33,799 nt of DNA from Xanthobacteraceae bacterium (GCA_036402635.1 DASWSO010000138.1:1-33799); one strand, 5' to 3'; shown: positions 16,992 through 26,358, counted from the first letter of the stretch. The notes: generated by a model from the letters alone, not told the origin. A program made the numbers and translations.

Positions 16992-18637
16992 GACGCCGAC
17001 ATACGCTCGGCGCGGCGGCCGAACGGCCAGCGGCGTCCTGCGCCAAAGTCCTGCAGGATCGCACGCGCCGCATTGTGGCCGGGCGCGCCGGTGACGCCGC
17101 CGCCCGGATGCGCGCCGGAGCCGCAATGGTAGAGGCCGGCGAGCGGCCCGCGGTAGTCGGCATAGCCGAGCATCGGCCGCGCCCAGAACAGCTGATCGAG
17201 CGAGAGCGCGCCGTGGAAAATGTCGCCTCCCGTCAGCCCGAATGTCTCTTCCAGATCGAGCGGCGTCAGCGCCTGGCGGGCGATCACGCTGGCCCGGAAG
17301 CCGGGGGCGTAGCGCTCGACCGTGTCGATCATCAGGTCCGCCACCGTATCGCGATGCGCATGCCACGAGCTGCCGTCCGGCAGTTCGGGCGCCACATGCT
17401 GGCAGAACAGGCTCGCCACATGCGCGCCGTTGGGGGCCAGGCTGTCGTCGAGCGTCGAGGGGATCAGCATCTCGACGATCGGCTCGCGGCTCCAGCCGTG
17501 CTGCCGGGCATCGTGATAGGCGCGCTCCATGTAGGACAGGCTCGGCGCCAGGATGATGCCGGCGGTGTGATGGTCAGCGGGCTCGCGACCCGGCAAGGCC
17601 GAAAAGCTCGGCAGCCCGGACAGCGCGACATTCATCCGGAATGTGCCGGAGCCGCAGCGCCAGCGCCGCATGCGGTCAAGGAACTCCGGCGGCAGCGCGT
17701 CCGGCGCCACCATCGCGGTGTAGAGCAGGCGCGGATTGACGTTGGCCGCCACCACCTTGCTGCGGATGACGCGGCCGTCCTGCAGCACCACGCCGCGGGC
17801 GGCGCCATTCTGCAGGTAGAGTTCGCGCACCGGCGCGGCGGTCTCGATGCTGACGCCATGGCCGGCGGCGGAGCGCGCCATCGCCTGCGTGATGGCGCCC
17901 ATGCCGCCGATGGCGTGACCCCAGGTCCGCTTCTTGCCGTTCACCTCGCCGAACGCGTGATGCAGCAGCACGTAAGCGCTGCCGGACGCATAGGGGCTCG
18001 CGTAGTTGCCGACCACGGCGTCGAACCCGAACAGCGCCTTGATCAAGTCGCTCTCGAACCAGCCGTCGAGGATCTCGCCGGCCGACTTGGTGATCAGGTC
18101 GTAGAGCACGCGCACCCGCTCGGCCGGCAGCCGGCGCAAACGGTTGCCGAATGCGGCCGCCTTCAGCAGCTCGGCGAGGCTGCGGGCGTTCCAGCCCGAC
18201 GTCAGGTTGGGCGGCGCCTCGAGCACCAGATCGCGCAGGATGTCGGCGATGGCATCGAGCTCGCGGTCGAAGTGCGGATACCGCTCGGCATCCTTCTGGC
18301 TGAACTTCGCGATCTCAGCCGCGGTGGCGCCGTCGCGGGTCAGCAGGTAAGAGCCGTCGGCGGCGGGAAGGAAGTTCTGCGCGCGGCGCTCGACGATCCG
18401 CAGGCCGTGCTCATGCAGGCGCAGGTCGGCGATCACCTTGGGGTTCAGCAGGCTGACCGTGTAGGCCGCCACCGAGTTGCGGAACCCGGGGTGGAACTCC
18501 TCCGTTACGGCTGCGCCGCCCACCACCGGGCGGCGCTCGAGCAGCTTGACTGACAAGCCGGCCATTCCGAGGTATGCGGCGCAGGTGAGTCCGTTATGGC
18601 CAGCTCCGATGATCGTAACGTCGAACTCTTCCGCCAC
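16988..18637 (-). CDS. Phytoene desaturase (CrtI)-family NAD(P)/FAD-dependent oxidoreductase
   Basis: 549-aa ORF with a GTG start and GAAGG upstream. The dinucleotide-binding N terminus is DVTIIGAGHNGLTCAAYLGMAGLSVKLLERRPVVGG. The C-terminal GGGVTGAPG motif is typical of the COG1233 group. Confidence 0.85.
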   Translation of the reverse strand: MAEEFDVTIIGAGHNGLTCAAYLGMAGLSVKLLERRPVVGGAAVTEEFHPGFRNSVAAYTVSLLNPKVIADLRLHEHGLRIVERRAQNFLPAADGSYLLTRDGATAAEIAKFSQKDAERYPHFDRELDAIADILRDLVLEAPPNLTSGWNARSLAELLKAAAFGNRLRRLPAERVRVLYDLITKSAGEILDGWFESDLIKALFGFDAVVGNYASPYASGSAYVLLHHAFGEVNGKKRTWGHAIGGMGAITQAMARSAAGHGVSIETAAPVRELYLQNGAARGVVLQDGRVIRSKVVAANVNPRLLYTAMVAPDALPPEFLDRMRRWRCGSGTFRMNVALSGLPSFSALPGREPADHHTAGIILAPSLSYMERAYHDARQHGWSREPIVEMLIPSTLDDSLAPNGAHVASLFCQHVAPELPDGSSWHAHRDTVADLMIDTVERYAPGFRASVIARQALTPLDLEETFGLTGGDIFHGALSLDQLFWARPMLGYADYRGPLAGLYHCGSGAHPGGGVTGAPGHNAARAILQDFGAGRRWPFGRRAERMSAS

Positions 18638-18694
18638 CGTGCAACCTTCAACCGCGGGCTCCGCGCCCGCTCCGAATAGCGTTCAGGAATGCTT

Positions 18695-19189
18695 ATGCCC
18701 ACCAAGAAAGCAACCGAAGCCGAAACCTTCCGCGTCGGCCGCGCGCGCACCGGTCTCGGCCTGTTCGCCACCACCCAGATCAAGAAGGGGGAGTTCGTCG
18801 CGGAGTATTGGGGAAAGCGCATCCCGTCGAGCCAAGCCGACACGATGAACACCAAATATCTGTTCGACCTGAACAGCCGCTGGACCATCGACGGCGCCGA
18901 CCGCCGCAACCTGGCGCGCTACATCAATCACGCCTGCCGGCCCAACACCAAGGCCCACATCATGCGCGGGACCATCAAGATCTACGCGACCAAGACGATC
19001 CGTCCGGGCGACGAGATCACCTACCACTACGGCCGCGGCTACTTCGAGCGGTTCCTCGAGCCGAAGGGCTGCAAATGCGCGCACTGCGACGCCAAGGCGC
19101 CGCGCTCGCGCGCCAAGCGCACGAACGGCGCGGCGACCGGCAAGACCGCCAAGCGCGCGCCGCGGAACGGCGCGCGCCGGGGTCACTGA
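18695..19189 (+). CDS. SET-domain protein-lysine N-methyltransferase-like protein
   Basis: The ATG at 18695 has AGGA 6 nt upstream, and an in-frame ATG at 18689 is also possible. Motifs seen: TGLGLFA, NHACRPN (18926-18946), EITYHY, a post-SET-like CKCAHC (19070-19087) and a basic K/R tail. Confidence 0.85.
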   Translation: MPTKKATEAETFRVGRARTGLGLFATTQIKKGEFVAEYWGKRIPSSQADTMNTKYLFDLNSRWTIDGADRRNLARYINHACRPNTKAHIMRGTIKIYATKTIRPGDEITYHYGRGYFERFLEPKGCKCAHCDAKAPRSRAKRTNGAATGKTAKRAPRNGARRGH

Positions 19190-19190
19190 T

Positions 19191-19667
19191 TCAGGACGCC
19201 TGCTTCAGCGTGCTGCCCCACTTGGTGCCCCAGTCCTCGCCGATCATGTCGACGACGCGGCCGTCCTTCTCGAAGAACTTGTTGGGCACCAGGAACATCG
19301 CGATCATCAGGCCGCCTTCCGGCGCCCACGCCGAGTGGCGGCTGCCGGCCGGACGCCAGACGAACTCGCCGGGACCGCAGGACAGCCCGGATTCCGGGCC
19401 GTCCTTGTCCACCAGCCGGCCCTCGATCACGAAGGTCTGCTCCAGCATCACGTGCTCGTGGTCCGGCAGTTCGGCGCCGGGGTCCATCTTCAACAGCACG
19501 GTGAGCAGACCGGAGGCCTTGTCGACCAACAGCGTCTTCACGTGGCAGCCCGGGTAACGGATCGGCTCCCAGGGCATGTCGTTGACATGCACGAGCCGCG
19601 AAGCCAGCGGCGCGAGATTGGCGTGGTTCTTGGCTTGCGGCGTAAACGGAGTGGTCATTGGTTTCCT
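19191..19667 (-). CDS. ChrR-type cupin domain protein (cupin_7-like), stand-alone
   Basis: The ATG at 19667 is preceded by GAGGAGGAAACCA. Motifs seen: MPWEPIRYPGCHVKTLL and LPDHEHVMLEQTFVIEG. Length is 158 aa. Confidence 0.8.
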   Translation of the reverse strand, partial: RKPMTTPFTPQAKNHANLAPLASRLVHVNDMPWEPIRYPGCHVKTLLVDKASGLLTVLLKMDPGAELPDHEHVMLEQTFVIEGRLVDKDGPESGLSCGPGEFVWRPAGSRHSAWAPEGGLMIAMFLVPNKFFEKDGRVVDMIGEDWGTKWGSTLKQAS

Positions 19668-19827
19668 CCTCACCCGGTCCTTGTTGTCCGAAAGGTGTAG
19701 CGGATTGTGCGCGGCCCCCGCAACGGTGCGGCCGCGGCCGGCCTGCCGCCCATTGACAAGTTTCGCGTGTGCTTCCCACACTCGCTCCCAGCACGGCCGG
19801 ATCGAAACGCGGCCGGAGGGGAAACGC

Positions 19828-21114
19828 ATGATCAGCTTGTTGGGGAGAATGAGCCTTGCCGCCGCCGCCTGCGCGCTCGCCATCGGCACCGCGCAGGCCG
19901 ACGTCAAAATCGGCGTGATCTACGACTACACCGGCGCGTTCGCCGGCGGCGGCTCGAAGCCCGCCGCCATTGCGACCAAGATCGCCATCGACATGATCAA
20001 CGAGCGCGGCGGCGTCGAGGGCCAGAAGCTCGCCGCCACCTATTCGGACGCGCAGTCGAAGACCGACGTCGCGATCAACGAAGCCGAGCGGCTGTTGAAC
20101 GAGACCAAGGTCGACGTGCTGATGGGCTTGTTCTCCAGCGCGCATTGCGTGCCGCTCGCCGCCAAGGTGGATGCCGCCAAGAAGTTCATGTGGGCGAACG
20201 TCTGCGTCGCCTCGGCGGTGTTCAAGGACAAGAAGCTGCAATACGTCTTCCGCCCGCAGGTGCATTCGGACCAGTTCGGCGAGGCGTCGTGCGAGTTCGT
20301 CGCCGAGAGCGCGAAGGCGAAGCTCAACAAGGAGGTCAAGGACGTCAAGGTCGCCATCATCCACGAGGACGGGCCCTACGGCGTCGGCGTCGCCATGGGC
20401 AACGAGGCGAAGTGCAAGGAGCTCGGCATGCAGCTCGTGCACAAGGAGGGATACGCCGCGACCGCCACCGACCTCTCCGCGCTGGTGACCAAGCTGCGGC
20501 GCGCACAGCCCGACGTGATCCTGCACACCGGCTACAATCCCGACATCACGCTGTTTCTGCGCCAGTCGAAGGAGGCCGGGCTGAAATGGAGCGCGCTGAT
20601 CGGCCACGGCGCCGGCTACGGCCAGATCGACAAGCTGATCGAGACCTTCGGCGAGGACGTGAATTTCGTCTACAACGTCGATCCGGTGGCGGCGCAGCTG
20701 CTCGATCCGAAGACGCTGGCCCCCGGCATGGGCGAGCTCACCGCCGAGATGGTGAAACGCTACAAGGCCGAAACCGGCGCCAACGAGGTGCCCACCCACG
20801 TCTCGATGGGCTTCAACCAGACCTGGATCTTCCTCACCGACGTGCTGCCGCGCGCCATCAAGAAGTACGGCGGCTTCGATCCGGAGGCGCTGCGCAAGGC
20901 GGCGCTGGACACCGACATTCCGGAGGGCGGCACCATCCAGGGCTACGGCGTGAAGTTCTTCCCGCCCGGGCACCTGATGGCGGGGCAGAACGAGCGCTCC
21001 ACCCCGGCGGTGATGCAATACGTCAAGGGCGAGACCAAGGTGGTGTGGCCGTCGAAGATCAAGACCGTCGACGCCGTCATCCCGCTGCCGAAGGGCCATG
21101 CCTACGCGCGCTAG
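19828..21114 (+). CDS. ABC transporter substrate-binding protein, type I PBP (Liv/branched-chain amino acid-like family)
   Basis: The ATG at 19828 has GGAGGGGA upstream. A signal peptide ends in GTAQAD. The motif VKIGVIYDYTGAFAGGG is typical of LivK-like/amide-binding PBP1 proteins. Length is 428 aa. Confidence 0.85.
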   Translation: MISLLGRMSLAAAACALAIGTAQADVKIGVIYDYTGAFAGGGSKPAAIATKIAIDMINERGGVEGQKLAATYSDAQSKTDVAINEAERLLNETKVDVLMGLFSSAHCVPLAAKVDAAKKFMWANVCVASAVFKDKKLQYVFRPQVHSDQFGEASCEFVAESAKAKLNKEVKDVKVAIIHEDGPYGVGVAMGNEAKCKELGMQLVHKEGYAATATDLSALVTKLRRAQPDVILHTGYNPDITLFLRQSKEAGLKWSALIGHGAGYGQIDKLIETFGEDVNFVYNVDPVAAQLLDPKTLAPGMGELTAEMVKRYKAETGANEVPTHVSMGFNQTWIFLTDVLPRAIKKYGGFDPEALRKAALDTDIPEGGTIQGYGVKFFPPGHLMAGQNERSTPAVMQYVKGETKVVWPSKIKTVDAVIPLPKGHAYAR

Positions 21115-21143
21115 GCGGGTGAAGCCGGCTCCGAAGCTGCTCC

Positions 21144-21171
21144 CACCTCTTCCCGCCGGCGGGGAGAGGTG
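21144..21171 (+). promoter_or_regulatory. Intercistronic stem-loop that includes the Shine-Dalgarno of the first ATPase gene
   Basis: CACCTCTTCCCGCC (21144-21157) pairs with GGCGGGGAGAGGTG (21158-21171) with one mismatch. The GGAGAGG in the 3' arm lies 3-6 nt upstream of the ATG at 21173. Confidence 0.6.
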
Positions 21172-21172
21172 A

Positions 21173-21904
21173 ATGCCACTGCTCAGTGTTCGCGGCCTGA
21201 GCAAGCGGTTCGGCGCGTTCCTGGCCGTGAAGGACGTGGCCTTCGACGTCGAGGAAGGCGAGATCCTCGGCCTGATCGGCCCCAACGGCTCCGGCAAGAG
21301 CACGACCTTCAACTGCGTCGCCGGCCTCTATCCGCCGAGCGCCGGAAGCATCACGTTCGCAGGCAGCGAGATCGCCGGGCTCAATCCCGATCGGGTCTGC
21401 CACCGCGGCATCGGCCGTACGTTCCAGATCCCGCGGCCGTTCCGCAACCTCACCCTGTTGGAGAACGTCGCGCTCTCGGCCTATTTCGGCCGCGACCGCT
21501 CGACCACGCGCGCCGAGTGCTGGCAGCGCGCCGAAGAGGCGCTGCACCTCGTCGGGCTGCCGGCGGATGCGCACATCACCACCGACGGGCTGAATGCGGC
21601 GGCGCTGAAGAAGCTTGAACTGGCGCGGGCGCTGGCGACGCAGCCGCGCCTGCTGCTGGCCGACGAGAGCCTGAACGGGCTCGATCATGCCGAGATGGAG
21701 CAGGCGGCCGACATGCTGCAGCGCATCCGGCGCGAGCGCGGCATCACCATCGTCTGGGTCGAGCACATCATGGGCGTGCTGATGCGCGTGGTCGACCGCG
21801 TCGTGGTGCTCGACCACGGCGAGGTGATCTTCGCCGGCAAGCCGGCTGCCGCGCAGGCCGACCGCCGCGTGGTCGAGGTCTATCTCGGCGCGGAGGCGGC
21901 GTGA
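21173..21904 (+). CDS. ABC transporter ATP-binding protein (LivG-like)
   Basis: 243-aa ORF. Motifs seen: Walker A GPNGSGKST, the signature-like region LNAAALKKLELARAL, and Walker B LLLADE. Confidence 0.9.
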   Translation: MPLLSVRGLSKRFGAFLAVKDVAFDVEEGEILGLIGPNGSGKSTTFNCVAGLYPPSAGSITFAGSEIAGLNPDRVCHRGIGRTFQIPRPFRNLTLLENVALSAYFGRDRSTTRAECWQRAEEALHLVGLPADAHITTDGLNAAALKKLELARALATQPRLLLADESLNGLDHAEMEQAADMLQRIRRERGITIVWVEHIMGVLMRVVDRVVVLDHGEVIFAGKPAAAQADRRVVEVYLGAEAA

Positions 21905-22043
21905 TGCGAGCGTGCAAGACGGGCTGGACCGTGATAGCCGGGCGAGCCGCCGTCCCCCCGGCGGCGAGGCTTGTCCCCGGCGTGTGCTCGGACCGGCCGC
22001 AGGCCGGACCCGGCTCCCGGGCATGACGGCAGGCATCAGCACC

Positions 22044-22748
<705 letters not shown>

Positions 22749-22773
22749 TGAACGCGCCCGCCCCACCCATGGG

Positions 22774-22820
22774 CCTCATCCTGAGCAGCGGCCGCGGTGC
22801 GGCGCTCCTCCCCATGAGCG
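22774..22820. repeat. Degenerate REP-like element between the ATPase and permease genes
   Basis: CCTCATCCTGAGCAGC (22774-22789) resembles the arms at 7830 and 12707. It is followed by the GC-rich GGCCGCGG core and GCGCTCCTCCCCATGAG. Confidence 0.4.
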
Positions 22821-22831
22821 GATAGCAACCC

Positions 22832-23701
22832 ATGGACTGCCAGCTCGACATCTTCTTCCTGGAAGCGCTGCTCAACGGCCTGCTGCTTGCCGGGTTGCTG
22901 GCACTGCTCGCGCTCGGACTGAACCTCGTGTTCGGCGTCATCGACGTGGTCTGGATCTGCTACGCCGAGCTCGTCATGGTCGGCATGTACGGCATCTACT
23001 ACGCCCACAAGGCCGGCGCGCCGTTCCTGGTCGCTGCGCTGTTCGGCATCCTGCTGGTGGCGCTGGCGGGCGCGATCCTGCACTACGTCGTGATCCGGCC
23101 GGTGCTCGACAGCGCGTCGATCAACCAGCTGCTGGTCACCGGCGGCGTGCTGTTCTTCCTGCAGGCCGCCGCCACCATGGCGTTCGGCGTCGAGTTCAAG
23201 AACGTCGGCATCCGGCTCGGCTCCGCGACTGTCGCCGACATGTCGTTCGCCTGGTCGCGGCTCTTGACCTTCGCGGTCGCGCTCGCCGGCATCTTGGCGC
23301 TCTGGCTGTTCCTCAGCCGCACCTATATCGGCACCGCCATCCGCGCCATCGCGCAGGACCGGCAGATCATGCCGCTGATGGGGGTCGACGCCCGCCGCAT
23401 CTACCTGATCACCTCCGCGATCGGCGGCGGCCTCGCCGGGCTCGCGGCCGTGCTGATGGTGCTGCAGTACGACATCTATCCGCAGATCGGCCTGCAGTTC
23501 GGCCCGATCGTGTTCATGATCTGCGTGCTCGGCGGCCTCGGCAACATGCTCGGCGGGCTGATCGCCGCCGTCATCATCAGCCAGTTCATCGCCGTCGGCG
23601 GCTCCTGCTTCGCGACCGAATGGGGCTACGCCATCGCGTTCCTGTTCTTCATGGCGATGATGTTCATCCGCCCGCAGGGCCTGTTCGGGAGCCGCGCGTG
23701 A
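22832..23701 (+). CDS. Branched-chain amino acid-type ABC transporter permease (LivH-like)
   Basis: 289-aa hydrophobic ORF. The N terminus FLEALLNGLLLAGLLALLALGLNLVFGV is typical of LivH-family permeases. Confidence 0.9.
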   Translation: MDCQLDIFFLEALLNGLLLAGLLALLALGLNLVFGVIDVVWICYAELVMVGMYGIYYAHKAGAPFLVAALFGILLVALAGAILHYVVIRPVLDSASINQLLVTGGVLFFLQAAATMAFGVEFKNVGIRLGSATVADMSFAWSRLLTFAVALAGILALWLFLSRTYIGTAIRAIAQDRQIMPLMGVDARRIYLITSAIGGGLAGLAAVLMVLQYDIYPQIGLQFGPIVFMICVLGGLGNMLGGLIAAVIISQFIAVGGSCFATEWGYAIAFLFFMAMMFIRPQGLFGSRA

Positions 23702-24762
23702 TCCGGCCCTCGCGCGAGGCGGTCGTCGGTTTTGCCGCGCTGCTGCTGCTGCCGTTGGCGGTGCGCTACGTCTTCCCGTCGTCGGAAAAGTATTACCTGC
23801 ACCTGCTGATCCAGATCCTGCTGTGGGCGTTCATCTATACCGGCTGGTCGCTGATGGGCCGCTTCGGCCTCACCTCGCTCGGGCATGGCGCCTTCACCGG
23901 GATCGGCGCCTATACCTGCGTGCTGCTGTGGAACTACGCCGGGCTCACCCCCTGGCTCGGCATTCCGGTCGGTGTCGTCGTCTCCGTCGTGGTGGCGATG
24001 CTGGTCGGCTATCCGTGCTTCCGGCTGCGCATCACCGGCCATTATTTCGCGCTGCTGACGCTGGCGCTCACCGAATTTATCCGGCTCTGCATCGTCGGCT
24101 TGCGCGACTACACCGGCGGCTCGCTCGGAACCCAGCCGGCGCGGCTCGGCGACGGTATCTCGCTCTATGCGATGCAGTTCGAGCCCGACCGGGTGCTGTC
24201 CTACTACGTCGCGCTCGCACTGTGGGCGGCCGGGCTCTACATCTGGCTGCGGGTCGACCGCAGCATGGACCGCTACGCGCTCGACGCCGCCAACCAGGAT
24301 GAGGACGCGGCCGCCTCGGTCGGCATCGACGTTACCCGCGAGAAGCTGAAGATCACGGCGCTGAGCGCCGCGATGTGCGCGGTCGGCGGCGCCGTCTACG
24401 GCCAGTATCAGATGTATATCGGGCCCGACACGATCGCCGGCCTGGGCGTGTCGCTCAACATCGTGTTCGCCGTCATCGCCGGCGGCATGTGGGTGCTGCT
24501 CGGCCCCACCGTCGGCGCGGTGTTCACGCAGATACTGTCGGAGGGCTTGCGCGTCGGCATCCAGAGCTCCGCGTTCCTGAAGACCTGGCTCGGCTCCGCC
24601 GCGCTGGCGCTCGACACCGCGGTCTATGGTCTGCTGCTGGTGCTCTTCATCATCTACATGCCGAAAGGCATTCTCGGCACCTTCCTGGAATGGCGGAAGA
24701 CAAAAACCCCGCTCGGCATCCTCTCGGCGGCACGGCGGAACAAGCCGGCGGGTTCCGGATGA
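23698..24762 (+). CDS. Branched-chain amino acid-type ABC transporter permease (LivM-like)
   Basis: The GTG at 23698 overlaps the upstream stop (GTGA). The protein is multi-TM with motifs GLTSLGHGAFTGIGAY and YFALLTLAL. The track ORF 22669..24762 is over-extended. Confidence 0.85.
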   Translation: MIRPSREAVVGFAALLLLPLAVRYVFPSSEKYYLHLLIQILLWAFIYTGWSLMGRFGLTSLGHGAFTGIGAYTCVLLWNYAGLTPWLGIPVGVVVSVVVAMLVGYPCFRLRITGHYFALLTLALTEFIRLCIVGLRDYTGGSLGTQPARLGDGISLYAMQFEPDRVLSYYVALALWAAGLYIWLRVDRSMDRYALDAANQDEDAAASVGIDVTREKLKITALSAAMCAVGGAVYGQYQMYIGPDTIAGLGVSLNIVFAVIAGGMWVLLGPTVGAVFTQILSEGLRVGIQSSAFLKTWLGSAALALDTAVYGLLLVLFIIYMPKGILGTFLEWRKTKTPLGILSAARRNKPAGSG

Positions 24763-24832
24763 CGGCCGGATCAACAATGCTATGCTGACGGTAACGGCCG
24801 CCTCGAGACGGCTGAACCGAGGGAGACATGGA

Positions 24833-25801
24833 ATGCGACGTCATACGAGCCTGCTTATTGCCGCGCTCTGCCTGCTGCTGCCGAGCTTGGCCGCGCAGGC
24901 GCAGACCTTCCCCAATAAGGCGATCACCATCGTGGTGCCGTTCGCGGCCGGCAGCGGCACCGACACGGTTTCGCGGCTGGTCGGCGCGCATCTCAGCAAT
25001 GCGTTGGGACAGAGCGTCGTGGTGGAGAACAAGCCGGGCGCCAACGGCATCCTGGCGGCACAAACCGTCGCCCGCGCCGCGCCCGACGGCTACACGCTGC
25101 TGGCCGCCACCAATACCACCCATTCGGCCAATCCGGCCGGCATGACCAAGAACGTGCCGTACGACGCGGTCAAGGATTTCGCGCCGGTCAGCCGCGTCGG
25201 CAACTACATCTTCGCGCTGGTGATCACGCCTGACGTGCCGGCAAAGACGATGCCGGAATTTCTCGCTTACGCCAAAGCCAATCCCGGCAAGCTCACGATC
25301 GCGAGCGGGAACGGCACCGGCATCGTGGCGGCGGAGACGCTCAAGCATGCGGCCGGGATCGACCTGCTGCACGTGCCGTACAAGAGCACGCCGCCGGCCG
25401 TCAACGACATGCTGGGCGGACGCATCGCGTCGATGTTCGTCGACCTCACCACCGGGCTTCCGCATATGCAGGCCGGCAAGCTGCGGCCGCTCGCCGTCAC
25501 CACCCTCGAGCGCACGCGGCTGCTGCCGGATCTGCCCTCGCTGAACGAGGCGGCGGTGAAGAACTACGACATCACGTCCTGGTGCGGCCTGTTCGCGCCG
25601 GCCGGAACGCCTAAGGAGGTGGTCGACAAGCTCAATGCCGCACTGCGCAAGATCATCGACAGCGAGGAGGTGAAGAAGCGGCTCGGCGATGCCGGCTTCG
25701 ACGCATTCTCCTCCTCGCCCGAGGAGCTCGGCAAATTCGTGCAGGACCAGCTGGTGCTGTGGACGCGGCTGATCAAGCAGTCCGGCATCGAGGCGCAGTG
25801 A
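24833..25801 (+). CDS. Bug family TTT substrate-binding protein (TctC-like), second copy
   Basis: The ATG at 24833 has GAGGGAGA upstream. A signal peptide ends in AAQAQT. Motifs seen: FPNKAITIVVPFAAGSGTD, VENKPGANG, LHVPYKS. It is a clear paralogue of 14549..15514. Confidence 0.88.
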   Translation: MRRHTSLLIAALCLLLPSLAAQAQTFPNKAITIVVPFAAGSGTDTVSRLVGAHLSNALGQSVVVENKPGANGILAAQTVARAAPDGYTLLAATNTTHSANPAGMTKNVPYDAVKDFAPVSRVGNYIFALVITPDVPAKTMPEFLAYAKANPGKLTIASGNGTGIVAAETLKHAAGIDLLHVPYKSTPPAVNDMLGGRIASMFVDLTTGLPHMQAGKLRPLAVTTLERTRLLPDLPSLNEAAVKNYDITSWCGLFAPAGTPKEVVDKLNAALRKIIDSEEVKKRLGDAGFDAFSSSPEELGKFVQDQLVLWTRLIKQSGIEAQ

Positions 25802-25823
25802 TCACGCCGAGAGGACCCGGCAC

Positions 25824-26216
25824 ATGACCGACACCACCACCCGCAGCCGCTACTTCGTGCGCGCCGGCGACGCGGCCGGCTACGCGCCCGCCAACCACAC
25901 CGGCACGCTCAACCGCCGCCTGATCGGGCCGAAGAATGTCGGCGCCCGCAACATCGAGGTGGTGCACGGCACCATCGAGCCCGGCAAGGGGGCGCTGCCG
26001 CACGCGCATCCCGGCATCGAGCAGGTCTGCTACCTGCTGGAAGGCCGCGCCGTCGCCGAAGTCGGCGGCGAGCGGCAGGAGCTTAACCCCGGCGACTGCT
26101 GCTTCTTCCCGGCCGACATGCCGCACGTCTTCACCGTCACCGGCGATCGGCCCTGCAAGGTGCTGGTGATCTATTCGCCGCCCTACGAGGAGGACCCGGC
26201 GCGGGTGCTGCGCTGA
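25824..26216 (+). CDS. Cupin (cupin_2-like) domain protein
   Basis: 130-aa ORF. Cupin motif 1 is GALPHAHPGIEQVCYLLEG and motif 2 is GDCCFFPADMPHVF. GAGAGGA lies upstream. Confidence 0.85.
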   Translation: MTDTTTRSRYFVRAGDAAGYAPANHTGTLNRRLIGPKNVGARNIEVVHGTIEPGKGALPHAHPGIEQVCYLLEGRAVAEVGGERQELNPGDCCFFPADMPHVFTVTGDRPCKVLVIYSPPYEEDPARVLR

Positions 26217-26260
26217 CGGCTGCGCTCCGCGGCACGCGATCGACAGGCCCGAAACGCGAT

Positions 26261-26284
26261 CGCCGGAGAGCAGGCTCTCCGGCG
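26261..26284. terminator. Perfect 11-bp-arm GC-rich hairpin, a candidate bidirectional terminator
   Basis: The hairpin is CGCCGGAGAGC-AG-GCTCTCCGGCG, 45 nt after the cupin stop. It is followed by TT on the plus strand and by ATCGCGTTTC on the minus strand. Confidence 0.6.
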
Positions 26285-26358
26285 TTACGCTACTCAGTCC
26301 TGTTACCCCAGATGAGCATTGAGCGAGGTTCAGGCGATTGTCGTTGGACTCGCAAGCG

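Noticed and set aside
19753-19758. Perfect TTGACA hexamer upstream of the ABC binding-protein gene, considered as a -35 box.
   Set aside because: No acceptable -10 hexamer lies 16-18 nt downstream (the sequence there is CCACAC). I cannot support a promoter call from sequence alone.
19183-21312. 709-aa minus-strand ORF spanning the cupin, the intergenic region and the ABC binding-protein gene.
   Set aside because: It crosses a promoter region and lies antisense to a well-supported binding-protein gene. It shows no domain signature. The real minus-strand gene here is the different-frame ORF 19191-19907, which I start at 19667 (cupin, 19191-19667).
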